Positions 1 to 9,586 of a stretch of DNA of 64,000 bases are shown here, in pieces. How positions within the stretch are numbered: position 1 is the first letter of the stretch; every line of letters starts with the position of its first letter. The stretch lies in the IMG/VR virus record IMGVR_UViG_2537561946_000006; one strand, written 5' to 3'. Made by a program: the position numbers and the translations under genes. The stretch is from a virus (lineage: Duplodnaviria; Heunggongvirae; Uroviricota; Caudoviricetes). Below the pieces are notes generated by a model that was not told the origin of the DNA, searched no databases, and saw nothing but the letters and a program-made list of their open reading frames with translations.

Positions 1-780
1 ATGCATCGTATAGACACGAAAACCGCGCAGAAGGATAAGTTCGGCGCGGGTAAGAACGGTTTTACCCGTGGTAACCCCCAGACCGGCACGCCTGCCACCG
101 ATCTGGATGATGACTACTTTGACATGTTGCAGGAGGAACTTTGCAGCGTGGTGGAGGCATCCGGTGCCAGCCTGGAGAAGGCGCGGCACGACCAGTTGCT
201 TACCGCGCTTCGTGCGCTGCTGTTAAGCCGCAAAAATCCGTTTGGCGATATCAAATCGGATGGCACGGTGAAAACGGCTCTCGAAAACCTTGGTTTGGGA
301 GAAGGCTCTGCATTACCTGTTGGTGTCCCTGTTCCGTGGCCTTCCGCCACTCCGCCAACAGGCTGGCTGAAATGCAACGGTGCGGTTTTTTCTGCTGAAG
401 AATACCCGGAACTGGCAAAGGCTTATCCGACAAATAAATTGCCTGATTTACGTGGTGAGTTTATTCGTGGTTGGGATGACGGGCGCGGTATTGACGCGGG
501 GCGCGAAATTCTGTCTGCTCAGGGGGATGCTATTCGTAATATAACCGGCACATTTGGTAATGGACAAACCGAAGCTAATGCGGCTATTAGCTTTAATACA
601 GCGAGTGGTGTTTTTGTAAGTCAATCAGCACTTCGTAATACGATAGGTAACACCACAATCATTCCAAATACCCCAAACAATCCTCATTTAGTCAATTTTG
701 ATGCTTCAAGAGTAGTGCCAACTGCCTCAGAGAACAGACCAAGAAACATTGCATTTAACTATATCGTGAGAGCAGCATAA
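1..780 (+). CDS. stf: side tail fibre protein, C-terminal part (5' end outside window); arm currently in expressed orientation
   Basis: ORF reaches window edge; C-terminus ...[14 protein letters not shown] matches the lambda Stf / e14 StfE-type C-terminal domain; invertase crossover site lies inside the gene. Confidence 0.85.
   Translation: MHRIDTKTAQKDKFGAGKNGFTRGNPQTGTPATDLDDDYFDMLQEELCSVVEASGASLEKARHDQLLTALRALLLSRKNPFGDIKSDGTVKTALENLGLGEGSALPVGVPVPWPSATPPTGWLKCNGAVFSAEEYPELAKAYPTNKLPDLRGEFIRGWDDGRGIDAGREILSAQGDAIRNITGTFGNGQTEANAAISFNTASGVFVSQSALRNTIGNTTIIPNTPNNPHLVNFDASRVVPTASENRPRNIAFNYIVRAA
278..303. other. pixL-type invertase crossover site (hix/gix/cix family)
   Basis: CTCTCGAAAACC-TT-GGTTTGGGAGAA, imperfect 26-bp palindrome; inner half is the exact reverse complement of the inner half at 2036-2047. 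Confidence 0.55.
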
Positions 781-1382
781 TGGATAAAGCAATATTAAAT
801 AGTGGACTTGTTGCTACAAAGGCAGGGGATATTACCGTTTATAACTATGATGGTGAAACGCGGGAATATATTTCCACATCAACTGAATATCTTGCGGTTG
901 GCGTCGGTATCCCGGCATGTTCTTGTTTAGATGCACCAGTTACACATAAAGCTGGTTATACAATTTGCCGTTCTGTGGATTTAAAATCATGGGAATATGT
1001 GTCAGACCATCGCGGTGAAATCGTCTATAACACCGAAACGGGAGACGCCAAAGAAATCACAGCTCCGGGTGATTACCCTGAAAATACAACCACTATCGCC
1101 CCGTTAACGCCATATGATAAATGGGATGGTGAGAAATGGGTGACGGATACTGAGGCACAGCATAGCGCCGCAGTAGAAGCGGCAGAAGCACAGCGCCAGT
1201 CACTGATTGATGCAGCAATGGTTTCCATTAGTCTGATTCAGCTGAAATTACAGGCCGGACGGAAGTTGACGCAGGCAGAAACAACCCGACTTAACGCCGT
1301 GCTGGATTACATTGACGCGGTGACGGCAACAGATACCAGCACCGCGCCGGATGTCATCTGGCCTGAACTGCCGGAGGCGTAG
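780..1382 (+). CDS. tfa: tail fibre assembly protein
   Basis: 200 aa, starts at stf stop, convergent and overlapping with second tfa; typical Tfa size and position. Confidence 0.85.
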   Translation: MDKAILNSGLVATKAGDITVYNYDGETREYISTSTEYLAVGVGIPACSCLDAPVTHKAGYTICRSVDLKSWEYVSDHRGEIVYNTETGDAKEITAPGDYPENTTTIAPLTPYDKWDGEKWVTDTEAQHSAAVEAAEAQRQSLIDAAMVSISLIQLKLQAGRKLTQAETTRLNAVLDYIDAVTATDTSTAPDVIWPELPEA

Positions 1383-1806
1383 GCCATTCAATATCTGGAG
1401 CACTGGAGGTATCAACCAGTTCCAGTGCGTCCAGATAATCCAGCCACAAATTATATTGCGCCAGTTCATCATCTTTCAGACGACCAATAGCGGCTTTACC
1501 GGGCCATTGCTTACTGTTCATGTATTCGTTGGCCTGGTTAATTAGTAGCTGTCTTTCTGATTCTGTAATTTCAATAAGTTCTTCATGCGTGGGTGGAGGA
1601 ATATCTGCCCACGCAGGCAGCCCATCATCTCCGGCAATACGAATTTTTCCTTGTGGCGGTTCAGCCATAAACTCACTGATAATATTTTGATTTACTTCCT
1701 TAGCGTCTGATAAATCCCATCCCTCTGATTTATATTTATCAATCATATCCACAGGGAAAAAAGCATTATGCCTTGCGCTATAAACATATTCGTTCATATA
1801 AATCAC
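1354..1806 (-). CDS. tfa: alternative tail fibre assembly protein (silent orientation)
   Basis: 147-150 aa (ATG at 1797 or 1806); C-terminal ...SSAPDIEWPTPP mirrors ...STAPDVIWPELPEA of the plus-strand Tfa; Mu U/U'-like arrangement. Confidence 0.75.
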   Translation of the reverse strand: MIYMNEYVYSARHNAFFPVDMIDKYKSEGWDLSDAKEVNQNIISEFMAEPPQGKIRIAGDDGLPAWADIPPPTHEELIEITESERQLLINQANEYMNSKQWPGKAAIGRLKDDELAQYNLWLDYLDALELVDTSSAPDIEWPTPPAVQAR

Positions 1807-2035
1807 CCTGAATAAAATTACTCACCAACAGCCCACCAACTGTAATTCATCGATACCGTGTCGCTGGTTGATGACGTTCTGTAAGCAGAATTAAAGCCGG
1901 TTAACGTTGGGCCTTCTGCAGTCATCACGAACCCTCGCCCAGCGCCTAAAGGCGCACCGCCATCACCAGAATGAGTAAGCATGGCTCGTATAACTTCGTA
2001 TAATGTATGCTATACGAAGTTATACGTTTTGCCGC
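1807..2035 (-). pseudogene. remnant of alternative tail-fibre C-terminal arm, interrupted by loxP
   Basis: minus-strand frame from pixR reads GLGEAAKR + loxP peptide ITSYSIHYTKLY then stops; a separate 56-codon frame (MLTHSGDGG...SMNYSWWAVGE) ends at 1807 next to tfa start; arm is far shorter than the 157-codon plus-strand arm. Confidence 0.45.
1990..2023. other. loxP site, 34/34 match to wild type
   Basis: ATAACTTCGTATA-ATGTATGC-TATACGAAGTTAT read directly. Confidence 0.9.
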
Positions 2036-2061
2036 TTCTCCCAAACCAACGTTTATGAAAA
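2036..2061. other. pixR-type invertase crossover site
   Basis: TTCTCCCAAACC-AA-CGTTTATGAAAA immediately upstream of pin. Confidence 0.55.
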
Positions 2062-2115
2062 TGCAGAAATAACGAGCAAATGGCATCATTCCTGCTTTTG
2101 TCAGGGAGATCTACC

Positions 2116-2670
2116 ATGCTTATTGGCTATGTACGTGTGTCAACAAATGACCAGAACACAGATCTACAACGTAATGCGCTGAACTGTGCAGGATGTGAGC
2201 TGATTTTTGAAGACAAGATAAGCGGTACAAAGTCCGACAGACCAGGACTGAAAAAGCTGCTCAGGACATTATCGGCAGGTGACACGCTGGTGGTCTGGAA
2301 ACTGGACCGACTGGGGCGCAGTATGCGGCATCTTGTCGTGCTGGTGGAGGAGTTGCGCGAACGAGGCATCAACTTTCGTAGTCTGACGGATTCAATTGAT
2401 ACCAGTACCCCAATGGGGCGCTTTTTCTTTCATGTGATGGGTGCCCTGGCTGAAATGGAGCGTGAACTGATTGTTGAACGAACAAAAGCTGGACTGGAAG
2501 CAGCTCGCGCACAGGGACGAATTGGTGGACGTCGCCCCAAACTTACACCAGAACAATGGGAGCAGGCCGGACGATTAATTGCATCAGGCGTTCCTCGCCA
2601 GAAGGTGGCGATCATCTATGATGTTGGTATATCGACACTGTATAAGAAGTTTCCGGTCGGAGATAAATGA
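2116..2670 (+). CDS. pin: DNA invertase, serine recombinase of the Hin/Gin/Cin/Pin family
   Basis: MLIGYVRVSTNDQNTDLQ... catalytic Ser near N-terminus, 184 aa, C-terminal HTH; ATG at 2116 preceded by GGGAG. Confidence 0.95.
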   Translation: MLIGYVRVSTNDQNTDLQRNALNCAGCELIFEDKISGTKSDRPGLKKLLRTLSAGDTLVVWKLDRLGRSMRHLVVLVEELRERGINFRSLTDSIDTSTPMGRFFFHVMGALAEMERELIVERTKAGLEAARAQGRIGGRRPKLTPEQWEQAGRLIASGVPRQKVAIIYDVGISTLYKKFPVGDK

Positions 2671-2730
2671 AACCGTAGCACGTCGTATGCAAGAAGATCG
2701 TGCTGCGGTTTATGCTTATCACTTAAAGAC

Positions 2731-3600
<870 letters not shown>

Positions 3601-3683
3601 CTAACCCTTTGAATTTACATAGCGCAAAAAGATACCTTTCCTCATAATGTGAGCTAATTTTATGTTTCGTTTGATGATCGGGT

Positions 3684-3745
3684 CGGTCTCGAAAACCGGA
3701 GTGGGGGCAACTCCACCGGGGGTTCAAATCCCCCTCTCTCCGCCA
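3684..3745 (+). repeat. att core: 3' 62 nt of tRNA-Ser (serU-type), no 5' half
   Basis: CGGTCTCGAAAACCGGAGTGGGGGCAACTCCACCGGGGGTTCAAATCCCCCTCTCTCCGCCA; differs from copy at 53848 by a compensatory pair in the variable arm. Confidence 0.8.
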
Positions 3746-3797
3746 AAATTCAATCACTTACACATCATTAAGTCAGTGACAAAAATCACACTTGGAA

Positions 3798-4823
3798 TTA
3801 CTTGGAATATTTTCTTGGAATATTTTCAGGTAACGGGACATCAAGTGTTGGTGAAACTTTAACCTTCCTGTCATAGATTAGCACTTGCCCTTCGGTTTTG
3901 TGACCAGAGAAAAGTTGCTTATCCCGGCTGCTTCCTTCATAGTCTGAAATTCCTTTCGCCTTCAGATCATGAAAGGTGAAGTCGGTTAAAATACCTGAAA
4001 TTTTGCCTGCGTGATTTCTTGCTTCTACCCACATTTCGTTAAAGCCTTTGTACATATATCGGTTGCCGTATTGATTGCTGATTACATAGGCGGATGTTGG
4101 TAACTGTTTTGCTTTTTCGATCGCCGCCTGTAATCGTGGACTCCATGCTTTTATCTGTTTTTTCCCTGTTTTCCCTTGCTGGATAAAGATCCCGTCGTTT
4201 CCAATCTGCTCCCATTTCAGCGATAACACATCGGAAACCCTCGCTGCACACAGATAGGCAATTTCCATTGCGATAAAAACAGGAAGAGGTGCAACGCTTA
4301 ATACTGCCTGGTATTCTTTGTCGGTTACATATCGTTCGCGGTTTTTGGCCTTGAATTTACTTACACCTGCACATGGGTTAGCCTTCACGTATCCTCGCTC
4401 ATACCCCCAACTATAAACGCGCGACATACTGCTTTTTTCATGGTTTGCCTGCGTTTTACTCTGCTCGCCTCTTTTGTCCATGTATCGTCTGATGTGCTCT
4501 GGTTTTACAGAATCGGCCAGCACCTTACCGAATACGGCCAGCAGCTTTTTTTGATGTTGCAGATAATCTTTTTGAGTTCTAGGACTAAGCTCGCTGTAAT
4601 AGGCGCTGGCGAGAAATTTTTCCCACAAACGCCCAAATGTCATTGCGCGATCGCGATGGTTAACCGTTTCTTCATACTTTTTCCATAATGCGGCTAAACC
4701 ATCCTCGATTGCAGTTAAGGTTACAGATTCTCTGGATGTCGGTTTCCATACATAACTATATTTATTGGGGTATACCTTTGGCGGTAATTTTTCGTGTTCG
4801 GGATTTTTCCTTCGTCTTCCCAT
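3798..4823 (-). CDS. int: tyrosine integrase
   Basis: 341 aa, C-terminal ...FHDLKAKG...LIYDRKV motifs; 3' end faces att core. Confidence 0.95.
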   Translation of the reverse strand: MGRRRKNPEHEKLPPKVYPNKYSYVWKPTSRESVTLTAIEDGLAALWKKYEETVNHRDRAMTFGRLWEKFLASAYYSELSPRTQKDYLQHQKKLLAVFGKVLADSVKPEHIRRYMDKRGEQSKTQANHEKSSMSRVYSWGYERGYVKANPCAGVSKFKAKNRERYVTDKEYQAVLSVAPLPVFIAMEIAYLCAARVSDVLSLKWEQIGNDGIFIQQGKTGKKQIKAWSPRLQAAIEKAKQLPTSAYVISNQYGNRYMYKGFNEMWVEARNHAGKISGILTDFTFHDLKAKGISDYEGSSRDKQLFSGHKTEGQVLIYDRKVKVSPTLDVPLPENIPRKYSK

Positions 4824-5026
4824 TAGATCGCACCGAAATCAGGTTCAGCCTCACGTGGTGGTAAAGTTTTTATACAGGTAAACAGTTCCCGACTGACGAT
4901 CGGTTTTCCACTACGATTGGTATAGAACGGAAGCCCATTTTTTATTAACCAGTTGCGCTGGTGGCTTGCATATTTGCAGCCCGTTAACGTTTGCAATTCA
5001 TTTTCGGTTAAAAATATGCTGCTCAT
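4823..5026 (-). CDS. xis: excisionase-like small protein
   Basis: 67 aa, start codon overlaps int; position-based. Confidence 0.6.
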   Translation of the reverse strand: MSSIFLTENELQTLTGCKYASHQRNWLIKNGLPFYTNRSGKPIVSRELFTCIKTLPPREAEPDFGAI

Positions 5027-5084
5027 AGCTATATCTCACAACCGCCGCTAACTATATGCCGTTAGCGGCGATCCGGGTTGAACA

Positions 5085-7556
5085 TTAAAAATCAGCCTGA
5101 CTCGGGAGCAGTTTTTGCCAGATGGCTGAAACGTATTTTGCCTGGTAACGCGCATCGTGCAGGGCGTTATGGCGTTCACCTTCGAATGGAATAGTCGTTC
5201 TTGCGTCGAAATCCATCACCAGTCCCAGAGCAACCATCGTTCTTACATCGCGATCATTGGTGTAACGCCACGGGCAGGGGATCCCCTGCCGTTCATATGA
5301 ACGGCGTAAAATCACGTTGTCGAAAGTTGCACCGTTACCCCAGACCTGAACAAAAAATTCACCGGAGTTTTCGTCGATAAATTCCCGGAATTGCAGCAGT
5401 GCATCATCCAACGTGATTTCATCGGTCAGAATGGAGGATTGTGCTTCGCGTGACTGTTTCAGCCACCACTTAATGGTGTCCCGATCGATGACCCCACCTG
5501 CGGTTTCCAGATCGATAGTTTTGCTGAATTCTGGCCCCATCTCTCCGGTTGCCGGATCAAAAAACTTACCGGCTATAGCGTTTATTGGCGCATCAGGATT
5601 TTTTCCCATTGTTTCAAGGTCAATCATCAGATGGTGCCACAACCTGCTGGTGGATGAGATTTCATGATGACCGTTCACTTTAATTAAGGGATTTGCTGTT
5701 TCGCCAGTTTTATTATCGCTGGCGTGATACTGATCGCTGCCAGTGTTCTCCTTGTGCAGATGTTCAGTGCCTTCCATTTCCTCCGGATCATTTTTCTGAG
5801 CTTCAGCCTGATTCTCTTCATCGAATGTTTCCAGGTAGGTTGCGTTCCCCATCACCGCACCACAGTCAGGACAGTTGCCGCCACCGGTCTGACCGCATGC
5901 GGTGCAAACTTTTTCCAGTTCCTGTTGCACTGCTGGTTCTGGTTGTTGTTCTTCTGGCCCGTTTTGTTGCGTATCCGGGCTGTTTTGTTCCGCTTCTGGC
6001 TCATTTTGTTTCACGTTGGGCTGATTCTGGTCCTCAGCGTCGCGACTCTGGATCCCTTTCACCCATTTCGGATCATTCGGGTCGCTAATCCCTTCAACAA
6101 ATTCACCACGTGATGCAGCAAGCAATTTATCGGCGTCAGGCTGGCTGATATTGGCTGCCTGCATAATTTTGTTTACTTCGTCAGCGGTAACTTTTACCGG
6201 CTCTGATTGTTCGGAATCTTCAGCGGTATCCACATTTTGCGGTAAGCCCGTGTATGTGCCATTTTTTCGGGCAAAATATTCTTCTTTTGAGATTTCGGTA
6301 CCGCCGGCAGCCAGCGCCTTGTCCAGACCAGAAAGTTTGTTTGCCCTGCCGTATTTTTCCCCGCCCTTATCGGTAAAGACGAAATAAAATGGTCCTTCAC
6401 GCTCTACAGATGGTTCAGCTTCCACCAGGATTTCATTTTTTTGAGTATCGGATTCTGCCGTCTCCACTGGAGCAGTTTGTGCTGCTGACGGCTGGAGAGC
6501 ATCAGTAGAGCTCTGGTCTGTTTCTTCATGTTCAAACACGCCCTTTGTCGTCAGGTATTCACTGATATATTTGTTCAGTGCAACGGGATCTTTGTGAATA
6601 TCGATCGGACGTTCGCGAACAAGGCCAAAAATAGTCTGACGGTCATAGCCAAGTGCTTCGGGCTGTTTGCGCATTGATGCTGAGATACGCTTCCAGTCTT
6701 CGCGATCCTTGTCGATAACCTCATTTGTCGCCCAGCGATGGATGGTACCGTCAATGTTTCCTGCATCCACATCACCGGGCCAGAGGGCGCAGGCCAGTTC
6801 ATTGTCGAGTGTTTTCCATGTCTGTTTGTATTCGCGGCGAATGGCAACAGTGACAGCCCCGGTTTTTTCAGCAGCGTTTTCAGTGTTCTGTTGGTTGACT
6901 CTGGCGCGGGTGAGATCAACAACAGACGTGTATTTTCCGGTTTCCTTGCGTTCACCTTCGCGACGTTTTTTCCAGATGCGCATCTCTGCCTGAATTTCAG
7001 GCCATTTAGCGCCAGGCTCACATTTATGCTTAACCCACCCGATGGCATGCAGTTTAAGTTCAGGATACATGGCGTTAACTTCTGGCATTTTCATCAACGC
7101 TTCAACGATATGTCCGCCGAATGTTGCCATGTCTTCCTGTAGTAATTCCTGTGCGCTAATCACCATATCAACGGTGATGTTTTCGCATGTGTCGAATTTA
7201 ACTAGGACTGCGTTCTGTACTTCAGGGGACAGCTTGTCAAAATTGACGTTCATCGGATCGGATTCTGGTTCGACCGGTACAAAGGAAGCTGACTCCTCAT
7301 CCCAGCGGTTTTCCTGCATATATTCGGTATCCCAGGAATCGAGGGCAGGGCGGGGTATGCCGGGTTTATCCTCGCAGACAATAAATTTATAAGCGCAGTC
7401 CTGAGCTGCCGGGAATTGCTCCAGAAATTGCCAGTGAAATTTTGCGCGTGCGCGACGCTCATCACCGGCTTCAATGGCAGTGGCCACCGCAACAGCGCTA
7501 TCTTCTTTTATGGCCTGTTCGTCAGGAATAGCAGCGCAAATAAAGATTTTACTCAT
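5085..7556 (-). CDS. phage exonuclease, 823 aa, C-terminal DnaQ-like 3'-5' exonuclease domain
   Basis: IDLETMG, WGNGATFD and HNALHDARYQAKY motifs at C-terminus; CTACGQTGGGNCPDCG zinc ribbon; acidic Q/E/P-rich linker. Confidence 0.8.
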   Translation of the reverse strand: MSKIFICAAIPDEQAIKEDSAVAVATAIEAGDERRARAKFHWQFLEQFPAAQDCAYKFIVCEDKPGIPRPALDSWDTEYMQENRWDEESASFVPVEPESDPMNVNFDKLSPEVQNAVLVKFDTCENITVDMVISAQELLQEDMATFGGHIVEALMKMPEVNAMYPELKLHAIGWVKHKCEPGAKWPEIQAEMRIWKKRREGERKETGKYTSVVDLTRARVNQQNTENAAEKTGAVTVAIRREYKQTWKTLDNELACALWPGDVDAGNIDGTIHRWATNEVIDKDREDWKRISASMRKQPEALGYDRQTIFGLVRERPIDIHKDPVALNKYISEYLTTKGVFEHEETDQSSTDALQPSAAQTAPVETAESDTQKNEILVEAEPSVEREGPFYFVFTDKGGEKYGRANKLSGLDKALAAGGTEISKEEYFARKNGTYTGLPQNVDTAEDSEQSEPVKVTADEVNKIMQAANISQPDADKLLAASRGEFVEGISDPNDPKWVKGIQSRDAEDQNQPNVKQNEPEAEQNSPDTQQNGPEEQQPEPAVQQELEKVCTACGQTGGGNCPDCGAVMGNATYLETFDEENQAEAQKNDPEEMEGTEHLHKENTGSDQYHASDNKTGETANPLIKVNGHHEISSTSRLWHHLMIDLETMGKNPDAPINAIAGKFFDPATGEMGPEFSKTIDLETAGGVIDRDTIKWWLKQSREAQSSILTDEITLDDALLQFREFIDENSGEFFVQVWGNGATFDNVILRRSYERQGIPCPWRYTNDRDVRTMVALGLVMDFDARTTIPFEGERHNALHDARYQAKYVSAIWQKLLPSQADF

Positions 7557-7651
7557 TGTGTTTTAACCTCATTACAGATTTCAGGGTGAACGAATCCCTG
7601 CCATTGCTGGCATTTTTAATCCGTTGGTATGGCGTTAATATAGCTGGCGGG

Positions 7652-7840
7652 TTATCCAGCCGGTGTTTCGTTATTCAGGTACAGCGATACTTTTTTTACC
7701 GGTAGGCATTCACCAGAAATTTTTTGCTCGTCTCTTGCCTGGAGGCTGGATTCTTTACTGGCATAAATTCCGGTAATCACATTTTGTGGCTCACCCGTTA
7801 TAAGAAAAACGGTCATCACCAGTGCAAACGCTGAAGTCAC
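7652..7840 (-). CDS. small hydrophobic protein downstream of dicB (YdfD position)
   Basis: 62 aa, overlaps dicB stop; position only. Confidence 0.35.
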   Translation of the reverse strand: MTSAFALVMTVFLITGEPQNVITGIYASKESSLQARDEQKISGECLPVKKVSLYLNNETPAG

Positions 7841-8025
7841 TGCTGTTCTCCGATAATACCAAGTTCAAGAAGGGCAATTCTGGAAAGTATGGAATTATCA
7901 TTGAGAAGATAAGGTTCATATTTTCTCATCTTAATGGCATCTTCAGTAAACTCCCGGTTACTGAGCAGAACACCAATATCAAAACAACCTTCAGACGTAT
8001 TAACGTTTGGTAATAACGTTTCCAT
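7837..8025 (-). CDS. dicB: DicB-like cell division inhibitor
   Basis: METLLPNVNTSEGCFDIGV... aligns with Qin DicB MKTLLPNVNTSEGCFEIGV... (recalled), 62 aa. Confidence 0.85.
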   Translation of the reverse strand: METLLPNVNTSEGCFDIGVLLSNREFTEDAIKMRKYEPYLLNDNSILSRIALLELGIIGEQQ

Positions 8026-8199
8026 TATCGCGTCCTCAACAATGAATTTTGTGATGCAGTGCCTGGTGCCTCCAGGTGACGTTAACCAGTTAACAATTAA
8101 CGCCGGATACAGAGAATCCACCCATAACACTGTTTTTGGTTTTAACTGTTCCGCGTGCGCATAGCCGCATTCACCGCATCACAAAATTCACTTTAAAAA

Positions 8200-8252
8200 G
8201 GGCGGCAGAGCAGCCACGGAGTAAAACTGATACCGCCAAACGTCACCAGAAA
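8200..8252 (-). ncRNA. dicF: DicF small RNA
   Basis: reverse complement TTTCTGGTGACGTTTGGCGGTATCAGTTTTACTCCGTGGCTGCTCTGCCGCCC, 52/53 to recalled DicF, followed by T-tract. Confidence 0.85.
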
Positions 8253-8514
8253 ATTGATAGCAGAGGGCGTTGTAGCGAAGTTGTCACTTAAGCGTATGGT
8301 CAACCTGACAACCCGGTGTCCTCAATGGGGGAAGGAATAACCCCGCCATACTTACCGCCGCGCCATTTCGCGGATTGCCACAACCAGAAGCGCACGGTCG
8401 AAGAAATTTAACGACAAGACTTATATGCAAAGGGATCTCGCCGTGCGCTTTCGTGTTATGCCCTGACTTTTCAGGGTAAATTAACCTGTGGAAACCTGTT
8501 TTTACTGGCGCTAA

Positions 8515-8667
8515 TCAGTTAGCGTTTCTGGCTAACCAGCGATGCGCGGCAGCTTCGGTTTTAAACGTTTTACTTTTGGTATACGTCATCGCGGTAAACG
8601 TGCCGTCCTGATTGGGAAACACGCCACATACCAGAGATTCGTTGTTGCCAAGCTCGATAGTATCCAT
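8515..8667 (-). CDS. ydfA: YdfA-like small protein (DUF1391)
   Basis: MDTIELGNNESLVCGVFPNQDGTFTAMTYTKSKTFKTE... matches recalled YdfA; listed ORF has an upstream start. Confidence 0.6.
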   Translation of the reverse strand: MDTIELGNNESLVCGVFPNQDGTFTAMTYTKSKTFKTEAAAHRWLARNAN

Positions 8668-8859
8668 GCTGACCTCATTTCCCCTTAACGCTGGGGTAGC
8701 GGAACTAAAAACCTGCTGCGCTGTTATACAAAGTGTTCCCGCCGTCATGTTCATACGCCTCGGGCTGGCTACTTAATCCCTGACCACTGCCGGGTAACTC
8801 TAGGTATTGCCCTGTATTGTGTGGGACGGGATGGGTTGGTATGGGAAAACTATAGGAAA

Positions 8860-8910
8860 TGCCTAATTGCCTGTCAATAGGCTGCGCCTAATGATTTGGG
8901 TGCGACCTAA
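8860..8910. promoter_or_regulatory. operator-like repeats (TTAGGC / GCCTAA half-sites) at the dicB-operon promoter
   Basis: AATGCCTAATTGCC, CAATAGGCTGCGCCTAATG, GACCTAATAGG. Confidence 0.4.
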
Positions 8911-8985
8911 TAGGTGATGGTTTGTGGGAGAGGTAGTAGGAGTTAACTAACGGGAACTAGGAATTTCCCGTCGGACCATATAAGT

Positions 8986-9462
8986 TTAAGTTCCTGTCTT
9001 GGTGATGTTCTGGCTTTTCCGTTTTGATTCTTGATTTTTCAGATAGTTAGCTACCTTCATTTCCATTGCGGCAATGTAGGCGCGAACGTCATGATCAACC
9101 CAACTAGGCTCCGTAGCATTTCCAGATAAGAGGAAAGCCACAATTGCTCTTTTTTCATCAGAGGCGGCTTGATAAAGGCTGTTTATGTCTAAAAGTTCAC
9201 TTTTTGTATCTGAAGTGGATGGGGTTGGTATGGGGTATTCGTTAAGCCCCCAATGCTCTGGACCAACCACATCAGAAAAGAAACGCCATAGTTCTGGAAG
9301 TTTGTCTTTACTTATCGAACCTTTCTTAATCCAGTCATGGATTGATGGTGGTTGGACTTTGAAATGACGTGCGATTTCCGCCTTTGATTTGACGGCTCCT
9401 GATGCAATTTTTTTGTTAATGGCCTGCTCTATCGCTCGGCCTAAGTCTTTACCACTAAGCAT
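8986..9462 (-). CDS. racR: RacR/DicA-type prophage repressor (HTH XRE)
   Basis: 158 aa, MLSGKDLGRAIEQAINKK..., HTH ...ARHFKVQPPSIHDWIKKG; divergent from cro-like gene. Confidence 0.85.
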   Translation of the reverse strand: MLSGKDLGRAIEQAINKKIASGAVKSKAEIARHFKVQPPSIHDWIKKGSISKDKLPELWRFFSDVVGPEHWGLNEYPIPTPSTSDTKSELLDINSLYQAASDEKRAIVAFLLSGNATEPSWVDHDVRAYIAAMEMKVANYLKNQESKRKSQNITKTGT

Positions 9463-9469
9463 TGCTTAA

Positions 9470-9560
9470 TAGTCTCCTATGCGCATCGCGTTAGGCAATC
9501 CCTACTCTCGAATCGTTAGGCATAGCCTATTGACAATCACATTAGGCTAAGCCTAATATT
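9470..9560. promoter_or_regulatory. divergent promoter/operator region between repressor and cro-like gene
   Basis: repeats GTTAGGCAATCCC, GTTAGGCATAGCCTATTGAC and the perfect palindrome TTAGGCTAAGCCTAA. Confidence 0.45.
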
Positions 9561-9586
9561 ATTGTGTGTTTTTTGGAGTTCATTCG

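Noticed and set aside
1990-2023. loxP as the native site of a resident P1-like prophage
   Set aside because: No cre or other P1 genes nearby. The invertase here belongs to the same family as P1 Cin, but in P1 lox is not inside the invertible segment, so an engineering scar is more likely. Kept as a finding.
3655-3751. Intact tRNA-Ser gene or a tmRNA 3' end
   Set aside because: Only the segment from the anticodon stem to CCA is present; no GGAGAGA acceptor 5' strand upstream, and the 3' end does not match tmRNA. It is an att core fragment.
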